Of a stretch of 64,000 nucleotides of DNA, positions 8,831 to 17,355 are shown in pieces. The position numbers and the translations under genes are program-made. Location: NCBI RefSeq assembly GCF_944382705.1, contig NZ_CALWNE010000046.1; one strand, written 5' to 3'. The stretch comes from an uncultured Allofournierella sp. (GTDB lineage Bacteria > Bacillota > Clostridia > Oscillospirales > Ruminococcaceae). A model generated the notes under the pieces. The model was not told the DNA's origin and did not search any database. It was given only the letters and a program-made list of their open reading frames with translations. Position 1 is the first letter of the stretch, and every line of letters starts with the position of its first letter.

Positions 8831-10563
8831 GCCAAATCCTCCGGAGAGATACTGTATTGTTCCAAAGCTTGCTGGTTGTTCCACAAAGCCTGGTAAACGG
8901 GGCACTGCTCCAGCAGCTGGCTGTGGGTGCCTTTGCCCACAATGCGGCCCTTTTGCAGGGTGTAAATGCACTGGGCCTGGGTCACATTGGCCAGCCGGTG
9001 GGAAATCAGCAGAACCGCTTTATGCTTTGCCAGCTGGTGCACCAATTCCATGATGCGGTTTTCGCTTTCCACATCAATGTTGGAGGTAGCCTCGTCAAAG
9101 ATGTAAATGGGGCTGTCGTGCAGCAGGGCACGGGCCAATGCCAGCCTCTGGCACTGACCGCCAGAAAGGTTGGCGGCCTTTTCGGTCAAAGGAGTTTCCA
9201 GGCCCTGCTGGCTGCGCAGAAAATCGGCCAGTTTTACCTGTTCCAGCACCTGCCAAAGCTGTTGGTCGGTGGCTTGCGGTGCAGCCATGCGCAGATTTTC
9301 GGCCACAGTGCCCTTAAATAGCCGGGCGGCAAAGCCCACGGTGGTGATGTTTTTCATCAGGCTGGCGCTGTTCAGCTGGGTAAGCTCCTGCCCGCCAATG
9401 GTAATACTGCCGGTGTAGCCCTCCAGCCGGCCTGCCAGCAAGCTGGCAATGGTGGATTTTCCGCAGCCGGATTCGCCCACCAAGGCCACCAAGCCCTGCT
9501 GGGGCAGTTCCAAATCCACCTTGTGGAGAATCTGGCGGTTTTCTTCGTAGCCAAATTCCACCTGATGCAGAACCACCGGGCAGTGAGCCGGGTCAATTTG
9601 TGCAGTGCGAACTTCCGGTTCCGGCAGGTCCAGCAGATGGAACATTTTTTCGGTGGCTGCCATGCCGTTCATGGCAATGTGGAAGAAGGAGCCCAGCAGA
9701 CGCATGGGCAGAAAGAAATCCGCCGAAAGCATTACAATGGCAAAACAGCCAAACAGGTTGATACGGCCGGCAGCGAACTGCTGGGCAGCCACTACCATGC
9801 CAAGGGCTGCACCGCCATAGGCCACCAGGTCCATGATGGTAATGGAGTTAAGCTGCATGGTGAGCACCTTCATGGTAATGCGGCGGAAATGCTCGGCATC
9901 CCGGTTCATCTCCTGGTGCTTGAGGGCATCGCTCTGGTAGATTTTGAGGGTGGTCAGACCCTGGAGATTTTCCAGGAAGTGGTCGCCCAGGGCGGTGTAT
10001 TGGCCCCAGTAGCGGCTCAAAAGTTTTTTGGCAAAGGTTTGTACTGCTGCAATGGAAATGGGAATCAGCGGCACGCACACCAAAAGCACCAAAGCTGCTC
10101 GCATACTGATGGGCGCCAGCACCGCAAATAGAGTGATGGGTGCCAGCATACTGTAAAAGAATTGAGGCAAATAGGAGCCAAAGTAGGTTTCCAGCTGTTC
10201 CACACCCTCTACCGTGACCTGTACTACCTGCGAGGTGGAAATCTGGCTGGAATAGCCAGGGCCAAGACGGAGCAGTTTTTCAAAAATGGTGCGGCGCAAA
10301 ACCTGTTTTACATTTTGCGAAGCCAGGTAACTGCACCGGGTAGCCTGCTTGGCACAGAAAAAGCGTATAACAATCATGGCGGCAGCAATGGCCAATACCA
10401 GCGGCAGGTTGGCAGGTTCTCCTGCTGCCAGCTTGGTGAGGTAGTCTGCTACTGTTAAAATCAGCAGGATGTTGGCCAGCAAAGCAGCCCACTGAAATGC
10501 CACATTCCGGCCGATGTGCCGTTTGGATTCGCTGACCATACCAATCAGCCGTTTGTTAATCAT
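8827..10563 (-). CDS. ABC transporter permease/ATPase fusion, CydD-like
   Basis: TM domain plus Walker A GESGCGKST, LSGGQCQR and IYIFDEATS. Start chosen at MINKRLIG (ATG 10563), 12 nt after AAGGAGG. Translationally coupled to the downstream paralogue. Confidence 0.85.
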   Translation of the reverse strand: MINKRLIGMVSESKRHIGRNVAFQWAALLANILLILTVADYLTKLAAGEPANLPLVLAIAAAMIVIRFFCAKQATRCSYLASQNVKQVLRRTIFEKLLRLGPGYSSQISTSQVVQVTVEGVEQLETYFGSYLPQFFYSMLAPITLFAVLAPISMRAALVLLVCVPLIPISIAAVQTFAKKLLSRYWGQYTALGDHFLENLQGLTTLKIYQSDALKHQEMNRDAEHFRRITMKVLTMQLNSITIMDLVAYGGAALGMVVAAQQFAAGRINLFGCFAIVMLSADFFLPMRLLGSFFHIAMNGMAATEKMFHLLDLPEPEVRTAQIDPAHCPVVLHQVEFGYEENRQILHKVDLELPQQGLVALVGESGCGKSTIASLLAGRLEGYTGSITIGGQELTQLNSASLMKNITTVGFAARLFKGTVAENLRMAAPQATDQQLWQVLEQVKLADFLRSQQGLETPLTEKAANLSGGQCQRLALARALLHDSPIYIFDEATSNIDVESENRIMELVHQLAKHKAVLLISHRLANVTQAQCIYTLQKGRIVGKGTHSQLLEQCPVYQALWNNQQALEQYSISPEDLA

Positions 10564-10710
10564 CAAGGGGTGAATCCTCCTTATCTCATTTTTCAAGTTA
10601 GCTTGTGCTAACAAAGTCATTTATTTCTACCACATCGGTAGGTAAATGTCAAGATTCACAAAAAATTTTTGAAATATTTTGAAGAATTGACGAGGAATCG
10701 AAATGTAAAA

Positions 10711-10766
10711 TAGAGAAAAAACAAAACAGCAGGCAGCTTTGGTCGGTTGGCCAGAGCTGCCTGCTG
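10711..10766 (-). terminator. rho-independent terminator downstream of the YitT-family gene
   Basis: cagcaggcagct (10727-10738) pairs with agctgcctgctg (10755-10766). On the minus strand it is followed by ttttgttttttctc. Confidence 0.7.
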
Positions 10767-10782
10767 TGGAATGATACAAAAA

Positions 10783-11652
10783 TTATTGGTAACTTTTTTT
10801 CAGAGTGAAGCCTCGGCCATGGACCTGGCTCACCGAGTCGATGATAATAAAAGCGTCGGGATCAGCTTGCTGCACCAGCTGGTTCAGCTTTGCCAGCTCC
10901 CGGTTGGTGGTGATGGTAAGAATTACATCGGTTTCTTCCTTAGCATAGCCGGTTTGGGCGTGCAGCAGGGTGCAGCCACGGTCCAACATCTGAAGGATAA
11001 TGGAACGAATCTGTTCGCTTTGTTTGCTGATAATCTTAACCTGAACACGGGACTTCCCCACAAGAACCATCCGGTCCAGCACGGTGGTGTAAAGCAGCAC
11101 CAGCAGAATGCCATACAGAATTTGCTCCCGATTGCGTGCAAAGGACATCTGCACCACCAAAATCAAAAAATCCAGCCCATACATACCCACCGAAACAGGT
11201 ACTCCCCAAAACTTATTGGCAATGATGGGGGGGATATCCATGCCGCCGCTGGAAGCACCGGCACCGATGATTAAGCCAATGCCCACGCCAACCATTACGC
11301 CGGCGCAGATGGTGGCCAGCATAGGGTCCTTCGTCATGGAATCAATTCCTGGAATGCAGCCAAACAAATGCAGAAAAATAGGGTAACAAAAGGTGGATAG
11401 CGCTGTGTTAAAAGCAAACCAGCGGCCCATAATCAGCGCACCCAGGCAGAACATGATAATGTTGGATACCAGCACAAAAGAGGAAACCGGAATGCCCCAG
11501 AAATGCTGGCCGATGAGAGCCAGACCGGTGGTGCCGCCGCTGATAAGGCCGCAGGGCAGAATGAACATTACCACTGCCAGGGAATAAATAGCATTGCCTG
11601 CAATTACTAGCCCTATGGTGCGCAATTTCTGGCTGTCTGCAAGGTGTTTCAT
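10783..11652 (-). CDS. YitT family membrane protein (DUF161 + DUF2179)
   Basis: 289 aa. GNAIYSLAVVMFILPCGLISGGTTGLALI and a soluble C-terminal domain ...FIIIDSVSQVHGRGF are typical of YitT. Confidence 0.8.
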   Translation of the reverse strand: MKHLADSQKLRTIGLVIAGNAIYSLAVVMFILPCGLISGGTTGLALIGQHFWGIPVSSFVLVSNIIMFCLGALIMGRWFAFNTALSTFCYPIFLHLFGCIPGIDSMTKDPMLATICAGVMVGVGIGLIIGAGASSGGMDIPPIIANKFWGVPVSVGMYGLDFLILVVQMSFARNREQILYGILLVLLYTTVLDRMVLVGKSRVQVKIISKQSEQIRSIILQMLDRGCTLLHAQTGYAKEETDVILTITTNRELAKLNQLVQQADPDAFIIIDSVSQVHGRGFTLKKSYQ

Positions 11653-11875
11653 AAGAAAGAGCCGCCTTTCTTGCCTCCGCCCGCCCTAAGGGCCGATGGC
11701 TCTCGTTTTGCCCACAAGAGAAAAACAGTAGCCGTGGCGAGGCATTTTTTAAAAGTGTACAAATAAAAGTATACACAAAAGGGCGGGGTTTTGGCAAGTT
11801 GCCAGAAAAACTTTAGAATTCTGACCATATAGACCAACTAAATAATGTAAAGCCTTTGTGGGATTGTGCAATTTT

Positions 11876-11921
11876 TTGCAAAAGATAGGCGCTGTGTTTT
11901 TTGAGATGAGAACACAGCGCC
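11876..11921 (-). terminator. putative terminator after the yggS operon
   Basis: ggcgctgtgtt (11888-11898) pairs with aacacagcgcc (11911-11921). On the minus strand it is followed by tatcttttgc. Confidence 0.5.
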
Positions 11922-11981
11922 ACAATAATTTGGGAATATTCAGGATGATTTTTTAGCAGGTGTATTTAATTAGAGTACAAA

Positions 11982-12698
11982 TTAAACCGGCTGCGGGTAG
12001 GCTCTGGGCCCAAAAATGCCGGTGCCAACCCGCACAATGGTAGCTCCATGGCGGATGGCGGCTTCAAAATCTCCGCTCATGCCCATGGATAGAATCTCCA
12101 TACGGCTGCGCTGCAAGGGCATATTCTGGCACTGCACAAACAGCTGATGCATCCGGGCAAACCAGACTTCCTGCTGCTGGAACTCCTCACACCGGGGCGG
12201 AATGCACATAAGCCCCAGCACCTGCAGGTTGGGCTGTGCATCTGCCAGGGCCAGCAAATCGGGCAGTTCCTGGGGGGCTATGCCGCTTTTGGTTGCCTCG
12301 CCCCCAATGTTTACCTCCAGCAGGATGTTCTGGCACAGCTGCTGCCGGGCGGCTTCCTTTTGAATAGCCAGCAGCAGTTTTTGCGAATCCACCGATTCAA
12401 TCACCTGGGCCCGGCCCACAACCTGGCGCACCTTGTTGGTTTGCAGATGCCCAATGAAATGCAGGGGATAGCTGCCATAGGCCCCGGCCTCGTGTTTTTG
12501 CACCAGTTCCTGCACCCGGTTTTCGCCAAACAGGTCAATGGCGGTGCCCTGTGCAGCCTGTACCGTGGCAGCGGAGCGGGTTTTGCTGGCTGCGCACAGC
12601 TGCACCGTGGAAGGGCTGCGGCCACAGGCTGCACAGGCGGCATCCATTCGTTTGCGGATTTCCAGGGCTTTTGCGGCTAACAGTTCGTGTTCTTGCAT
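11982..12698 (-). CDS. YggS-family pyridoxal-phosphate homeostasis protein
   Basis: 238 aa. ...LCAASKTRS..., FGENRVQE and HFIGHLQTNKV motifs of the YggS/PROSC family. Confidence 0.9.
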   Translation of the reverse strand: MQEHELLAAKALEIRKRMDAACAACGRSPSTVQLCAASKTRSAATVQAAQGTAIDLFGENRVQELVQKHEAGAYGSYPLHFIGHLQTNKVRQVVGRAQVIESVDSQKLLLAIQKEAARQQLCQNILLEVNIGGEATKSGIAPQELPDLLALADAQPNLQVLGLMCIPPRCEEFQQQEVWFARMHQLFVQCQNMPLQRSRMEILSMGMSGDFEAAIRHGATIVRVGTGIFGPRAYPQPV

Positions 12699-13252
12699 TA
12701 TGCCAATCCCTCCTGATAAACGGCACGGGGGCCGCCAATGTAACGGGGGCGGGTACGGGCGGCCACCAGGCTGGCCTGGCCAATTTGCTGAATGTTTAGA
12801 CGCACCGGCACGGCCACCCGTTTCAGATGCATACCAATGAGGGTGCTGCCGATGTCCAGCCCGGCATCCGCCTGGATGCTTTCCAATGCAACGGGATGTT
12901 CAAACTGCTGCCAGCAAACCGTGGCAAAGCTGCCCCCGGCCTTGGGCTGGGGCATCACATTCACCACTTCGGCCCCTACCCGCACAGCGGCAGCTTCCAG
13001 AATGAGGGCACGGTTGAGGTGCTCGCAGCATTGAGCAGCCAAAAAGACCCCCGCCTGGTGCAGCACCGGGGCAATGCCTTGGTAAACGGCCTGTGCAGCC
13101 TCTAGACTGGAGCATTTGCCGATGGTCTGGCCAATGATTTCGCTGGAGGAACAGCCCACAACCAGAATGCTGCCGGGCTTGAGATTGGCAGCAGCCAGCA
13201 GCTCGGCGGCAGCCTGGGCGGCCTGGGCTTGAATATGGGAAAGGTTGGTCAT
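12698..13252 (-). CDS. TIGR01440 / UPF0340 (YwlG-like) family protein
   Basis: Start moved to MTNLSHIQAQA (ATG 13252, GAGGTG RBS). ...GSILVVGCSSSEI.G and ...AAQCCEHLNRALI are characteristic of the family. Its stop overlaps the yggS start by 1 nt. Confidence 0.7.
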   Translation of the reverse strand: MTNLSHIQAQAAQAAAELLAAANLKPGSILVVGCSSSEIIGQTIGKCSSLEAAQAVYQGIAPVLHQAGVFLAAQCCEHLNRALILEAAAVRVGAEVVNVMPQPKAGGSFATVCWQQFEHPVALESIQADAGLDIGSTLIGMHLKRVAVPVRLNIQQIGQASLVAARTRPRYIGGPRAVYQEGLA

Positions 13253-13287
13253 ACAAAACACCTCGCTTGGTTGGAATTGGAGTGGTT

Positions 13288-13339
13288 GGTGGAAAAACAG
13301 ACCATTCCCGCACAGCATGGGAGCAGGGAATGGTCTGTT
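13288..13339 (-). terminator. rho-independent terminator downstream of the DtxR-family regulator
   Basis: aacagaccattccc (13296-13309) pairs with gggaatggtctgtt (13326-13339). tttttcc follows on the minus strand. Confidence 0.7.
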
Positions 13340-13349
13340 GGTGCGGCAG

Positions 13350-13715
13350 TTACAGCTGCTTTTGGCGCAGGTAAAATGCCTTGATTTTTTCAAAACTGAC
13401 TGGATGGAGATTGTGCTCCAGGCGGCAGGCATCCTCTTTTGCAATGTCCTCAGGCACACCCAAATCCATTAGAAGTTGACTAATCAGGGTGTGCCGCTCG
13501 TAAATCGTTTCGGCAATGTGGCGGCCGGACTGGGTAAGGGTAATCATTCCACCGTCATCCACCTGAACATAGCCGTTTTCCCGCAGCTTTTTCATGGCGG
13601 TGGAAACGCTGGGTTTTGAAAAATCCATCTCGTTGGCAGTGTCGATGGAGCGGACGCTGCCGTTGCGTTTGAACAACACCAAAATGGTTTCCAGGTAATC
13701 TTCGGCAGATTCCAT
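13350..13715 (-). CDS. DtxR/MntR-family metal-dependent transcriptional regulator
   Basis: Start at MESAEDYLETILVL (compare the B. subtilis MntR N-terminus ..MEDYIEQIY). wHTH ...SIDTANEMDFSKPSVSTAMKKLRENGYV and a metal-site helix ...YERHTLISQLL...LEH. Confidence 0.85.
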   Translation of the reverse strand: MESAEDYLETILVLFKRNGSVRSIDTANEMDFSKPSVSTAMKKLRENGYVQVDDGGMITLTQSGRHIAETIYERHTLISQLLMDLGVPEDIAKEDACRLEHNLHPVSFEKIKAFYLRQKQL

Positions 13716-13788
13716 GATTTTCACAGGAAAAAACAGCTCCTTTCGGCAACGGGGAACGGCGAGGCCAGGGCCTGCATTCCCCAAAATC

Positions 13789-13808
13789 TATGCTAATATT
13801 GTAGCATA
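13789..13808. promoter_or_regulatory. 7-6-7 perfect inverted repeat (tatgcta-N6-tagcata) overlapping the -10 of the mntR-like promoter; candidate operator
   Basis: tatgctaatattgtagcata is read directly. The arms are exact reverse complements. Confidence 0.4.
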
Positions 13809-13826
13809 ACGGCTGCAAAGTTTCAA
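13798..13826 (-). promoter_or_regulatory. sigma-A type promoter of the DtxR-family gene (TTGAAA-17-TACAAT)
   Basis: Minus strand: TTGAAA (13821-13826), 17 nt spacer, TACAAT (13798-13803). Confidence 0.55.
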
Positions 13827-13863
13827 CCAAACCCACAAGGGCTGGCTGCACGCAAAAAAATCC

Positions 13864-13901
13864 CCTGGGACTTTTGCAAAAGCCACAGGGGAGCTAAAAG
13901 G
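13864..13901 (-). terminator. rho-independent terminator downstream of the DHHW gene
   Basis: Minus-strand hairpin tcccctgtggcttttgcaaaagtcccagggga followed by TTTTTTT. Confidence 0.65.
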
Positions 13902-14858
13902 TCAGCGAAGCATAGCGCTTTGATTAACCACCGGCATACTGTACAAAAACAGCACATCCTGGTTGGTAAAGGTGATGTACTGGGGTACAAGGCCGCTTAC
14001 CATATACCGCAAATCAATCAGGGTGATGGTGCGGTAGGTCTGGCACAAAAGAGGAGCCAGACTGCTGGCAAAGGAATCCCGAAAAATAACCAGCTCCCGG
14101 TCGGTGGAAGCATCCGGATTTTGAATGGTCACAAAGGGAGTGGTGCCGGACAAAAACACATCGTAGGGGTTTTTGCCGGTGAGTTTTTCTGGAGTGTATA
14201 CAGTTGTGTCCTCCAATACAGCATGGTGCACCTGCGCCTGCTCTGTAAAAGTGCTGGTGAGGTAAACCAGATTCTCCTGGCCGGGTTCAATCTTTACATA
14301 CCAGCTGGCGGTGCCGATAAAATCCGGCACAACCTGGGGCTGCCAGCCTTCCAGCGTGGCCGAAAATCCCATGGCATCGCCCAAGGTATCCAGCACTGGC
14401 TGCAAGGTTTCCTGCCGCCAGTGAGGGTCGGTTTTATAGTAGCTGCCAAGGCTAAGGCTACCGGTAAGGTCAATGTGCACAAAGGACTGGGGAAGCTGGG
14501 CTTGAACCTGCGCCGTCATGGCATCGTAATCCAGCCGGGGCCAGCCCTCATCGGGCAGGTAATGGGCTTTGTCCGGCACAATGGCCCAATAACACTGGTT
14601 GTCCGGCGTGAGCAGATCCTGAGAAAGCTGGGTTAGCTTGGCGGAAAAATTATTCACGCTGCGTTCATCCAAAGGCCCGTGGTACTGTACCCAGTAGCCC
14701 TGCTGCTGATACATTCCATTTTCGTCCGGGGTATGGAGGCTGCGCTGGTGTGCCAGCCAGCCGGCTGCCAGGCAGCCAAGCAGGGCAACCGCGCCAGCGC
14801 AGACCAATCCCTTACGGAACAGCAACGACCGAGGAGTCATTGGCAGCGGCTTCGCCAT
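13902..14858 (-). CDS. DHHW family protein (AlgX/AlgJ/DltD-like SGNH-fold, predicted extracytoplasmic acyl-transfer accessory)
   Basis: N-terminal TM anchor, ...YYKTDPHWRQE (the D-x-H-W signature) and a late ...FRDSFASSL motif. The start could instead be 14840 (MTPRSLL). Confidence 0.65.
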   Translation of the reverse strand: MAKPLPMTPRSLLFRKGLVCAGAVALLGCLAAGWLAHQRSLHTPDENGMYQQQGYWVQYHGPLDERSVNNFSAKLTQLSQDLLTPDNQCYWAIVPDKAHYLPDEGWPRLDYDAMTAQVQAQLPQSFVHIDLTGSLSLGSYYKTDPHWRQETLQPVLDTLGDAMGFSATLEGWQPQVVPDFIGTASWYVKIEPGQENLVYLTSTFTEQAQVHHAVLEDTTVYTPEKLTGKNPYDVFLSGTTPFVTIQNPDASTDRELVIFRDSFASSLAPLLCQTYRTITLIDLRYMVSGLVPQYITFTNQDVLFLYSMPVVNQSAMLR

Positions 14859-15492
14859 CCATGGGAGCTTCCTGGGCGAATTCCTCGTTCTTTACTACGG
14901 TAACCTTATCCTCGCCCATCTGAGCGGTAAAGCTGTTCAGCAGGGGCTGGGCAAAGTCGTTCTGGCTCATAACCAGCAGCACCACATCGCCGGAGTAAGC
15001 AACGATGACCCGCTCGGCGCCAACACACAGCCACTTCATGGGGTTGGCTTTTTCGGCAACGGACTCTGCCAGAGCAGCGGCGTCATCGGCACTTTTGGCC
15101 TGCAGCAGCACCACAGAGTGTGCAATGCTGGTAACGGCAGCGTCGGCAGCAATGCCTGCGCTGAATTCATCGGCGGAAACACCGGTCATATATTCGGCAT
15201 TGTCTGCGGTGAGTACGGTGTACTGGGATGCGCTGTCTTCCGCAGCGGGCATGGGCTTGAGCATCATGGGCAGCTCCACATCGGTGTACATCTTATCCAT
15301 GATGGCGTCCAGCGTGCTGGTATTTACAGCGGAATTGTCGCTGTCAGCCTGGGAGGTGCTGGCGGAAATGCTGGAGGACATACTGCTGGAAGTGCTGGAG
15401 GAAGTGCTGGTGGAACCAGAGTTGCTGTTGCCACAGCCAGCCAGCATGGAAACCGCCAGGATGGCGGCCAGTGCGATGGACAGTTTTTTCAT
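14812..15492 (-). CDS. DUF4358-like lipoprotein
   Basis: Start at MKKLSIALAAILAVSMLAGC (lipobox LAGC; AAGGAGA RBS). Ser/Thr-rich linker, then ...TADNAEYMTGVSADEFS...HSVVLLQAKSADDAAAL... typical of DUF4358. Overlaps the DHHW start. Confidence 0.65.
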   Translation of the reverse strand: MKKLSIALAAILAVSMLAGCGNSNSGSTSTSSSTSSSMSSSISASTSQADSDNSAVNTSTLDAIMDKMYTDVELPMMLKPMPAAEDSASQYTVLTADNAEYMTGVSADEFSAGIAADAAVTSIAHSVVLLQAKSADDAAALAESVAEKANPMKWLCVGAERVIVAYSGDVVLLVMSQNDFAQPLLNSFTAQMGEDKVTVVKNEEFAQEAPMDGEAAANDSSVVAVP

Positions 15493-15726
15493 GTGTGATT
15501 CTCCTTTTTCATTGCTTGAACAACCAGCCAAAACGGCAGGATGCAGTGAGGGAAGGCCAATCCTGTGCGGCGGTTCCCTTTTGGCTAGTATGCCATTTTG
15601 CCCCTGCCGGTATTCCTGTGGGAATGCGGCGGATTTCACCCTATATACAAATCAGCTGCCCATATTATTGCAAAGGTATGCAAAAAAATAATTGGAGACA
15701 GAAAAAAACGAAAATACATTGCTACT

Positions 15727-15754
15727 TTATCACTGCAAAAAAGTGTGGTATAAT
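15727..15754 (+). promoter_or_regulatory. promoter of the metF operon with extended -10 (TTATCA-16-TGgTATAAT)
   Basis: TATAAT at 15749-15754 preceded by TGG. Weak -35 TTATCA at 15727-15732. Confidence 0.5.
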
Positions 15755-15826
15755 GGAAAAATCAGCACTTGCCCAGCGCAGTGAATCTGGCTGGCAGTGA
15801 AAGTATAAAGATTAAGGAGAGCCCCC

Positions 15827-16705
15827 ATGCGTCTTTCAGAGTTGTTTCAAAGCAAGCCCTGCGTTTTTTCCATCGAGGTATTCCCGCCCCGCAAAAATGG
15901 AGCGAAGCCCGAGGATTTGTACCCGGTGCTGGAGCAGATGGCCCAGCTGCGGCCGGATTATATGAGTGTTACCTATGGAGCTGGCGGCGGCCCTGCCGGT
16001 ATGAGTACGGTACAGATTGCAGCGCATTTAAAACGCATGGGCATTGAACCCCTGGCTCATCTCACCTGCGTGAATTCCTGCCGGGAACAGGTGGACCAGG
16101 TAGCTGCCTGTTTGCAGGAAAAAGGTGTGGAAAATGTACTGGCCCTGCGGGGTGACATCTGCCCCGATCTGCCTCGGCAGACGGAGTTTTCTCATGCCAG
16201 CGACCTGGCGGCTTACCTGAAGCAGGGCCGGGATTTTTATCTGGCAGGTGCCTGCTACCCCGAAGGCCATGTGGAAAGCAGCAGCTTGCAGCAGGATGTG
16301 GAACAGTTGAAGTATAAGCTGGAAGCAGGGGTAGAGCACCTGGTTACCCAGCTGTTTTTTGACAATAGCAAATACTATCGTTTTATGAATATGCTGCGCA
16401 AAAGCGGTGTGCAGGTGCCAGTGCAGGCAGGTGTAATGCCTATTGTTTCGGCCCGGCAGGTGCAGCGCACCCTGGCATTGAGTAGCGCCAGCCTGCCGCC
16501 CCAGTTTACTAAGCTGCTGGCCCGCTACGATGGAGATGAACAGGGAATGTTTGATGCAGGCATCGACTATGCCATTGGGCAGCTGCGTGATTTGATTGAA
16601 GGCGGCGCAGATGGAGTGCACCTTTACGCCATGAATGACCCTGTGGTGGCCCGTCGGGTGTACGAAGGCATCGAGGACCTGCTGCCCGCAGGCAAAGGGC
16701 TGTGA
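15827..16705 (+). CDS. metF: methylenetetrahydrofolate reductase
   Basis: 292 aa. ...FSIEVFPPRKNG..., ...MSVTYGAGG..., ...HLTC..., ...ALRGD... motifs of MetF. AAGGAGA RBS. Confidence 0.9.
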   Translation: MRLSELFQSKPCVFSIEVFPPRKNGAKPEDLYPVLEQMAQLRPDYMSVTYGAGGGPAGMSTVQIAAHLKRMGIEPLAHLTCVNSCREQVDQVAACLQEKGVENVLALRGDICPDLPRQTEFSHASDLAAYLKQGRDFYLAGACYPEGHVESSSLQQDVEQLKYKLEAGVEHLVTQLFFDNSKYYRFMNMLRKSGVQVPVQAGVMPIVSARQVQRTLALSSASLPPQFTKLLARYDGDEQGMFDAGIDYAIGQLRDLIEGGADGVHLYAMNDPVVARRVYEGIEDLLPAGKGL

Positions 16706-17355
16706 TGCGGCCCCATCCCCCGGCACTGGACCGGCAGGAGACCCTCCGGTACCTGGGTGCGGGGGGAACTGTTGATCCTGCGTTGCAGGCGCTGTTAGAC
16801 CGGGCCGAGCAGGAGCTTTTGCAGCAGTCGGTGATTCGGGCGGCTGCTCGTCAGCTTCCCCTCAACCAGTTGGAACCGCTGCTGCAGGGGCAGGACATTG
16901 AAGCCCACCTCAAGGGCTGTACCAGGGGCCTGCTGCTGGCGGTCACGCTGGGTGCAGGGCTGGACGCTGCTCTGCGCCGTGCCCTGGCAGTGGAGCCGGT
17001 GTACGGCGTGGTGCTGGATGCGGCGGCCTCTGCCTATGTGGAGCAGGCTGCCCAGGAATGGGAGCAGGAGCTGCGCAGCCAGGTGGCCGGGCAGGGGCTG
17101 TATATGACCGGGCGGTTTTCGCCGGGGTATGGCGACTGGCCCCTTACCGTACAGCCGAGCTTTTTGCAGTGGATGGATGCGAGCCGTCAGGCTGGACTGT
17201 CCACATCAGAAAGCTGTATGTTGGTGCCGGGCAAAAGTGTGACTGCCCTCTGTGGCATAGCCGATCACCCGGTACAAGGCCAACTGGCGGGCTGTGCCCA
17301 CTGCGCCCTGCGCGAAACCTGTACCAAAAGAAAGGAAGGAAATCCCTGTGTGTAA
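16705..17355 (+). CDS. stand-alone methionine synthase activation (AdoMet-binding) domain protein
   Basis: About 216 aa with ...GRFSPGYGDWPL... and a C-terminal Cys cluster. Its ATG overlaps the metF TGA (TGATG). Lies immediately upstream of a MetH that lacks this domain. Confidence 0.7.
   Translation: MRPHPPALDRQETLRYLGAGGTVDPALQALLDRAEQELLQQSVIRAAARQLPLNQLEPLLQGQDIEAHLKGCTRGLLLAVTLGAGLDAALRRALAVEPVYGVVLDAAASAYVEQAAQEWEQELRSQVAGQGLYMTGRFSPGYGDWPLTVQPSFLQWMDASRQAGLSTSESCMLVPGKSVTALCGIADHPVQGQLAGCAHCALRETCTKRKEGNPCV

Noticed and set aside
7172-8971. N-terminally extended versions of several track ORFs (7172..8971, 8827..10620, 12698..13459, 13350..13784, 14812..15639, 17294.., 28954.., 32282.., 35240..35590, 35615.., 39045..39560, 46261.., 51353.., 53020..).
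   Set aside because: The extensions overlap upstream genes or promoters and lack an RBS. Internal starts give canonical family N-termini with good Shine-Dalgarno sequences.
15493-15826. Looked for an S-box/SAM riboswitch or T-box upstream of metF, and for a riboswitch in the divergent lipoprotein leader.
   Set aside because: No SAM-I core strings or T-box specifier/antiterminator sequences are visible. Only generic hairpins are present, so there is not enough to call an RNA element.
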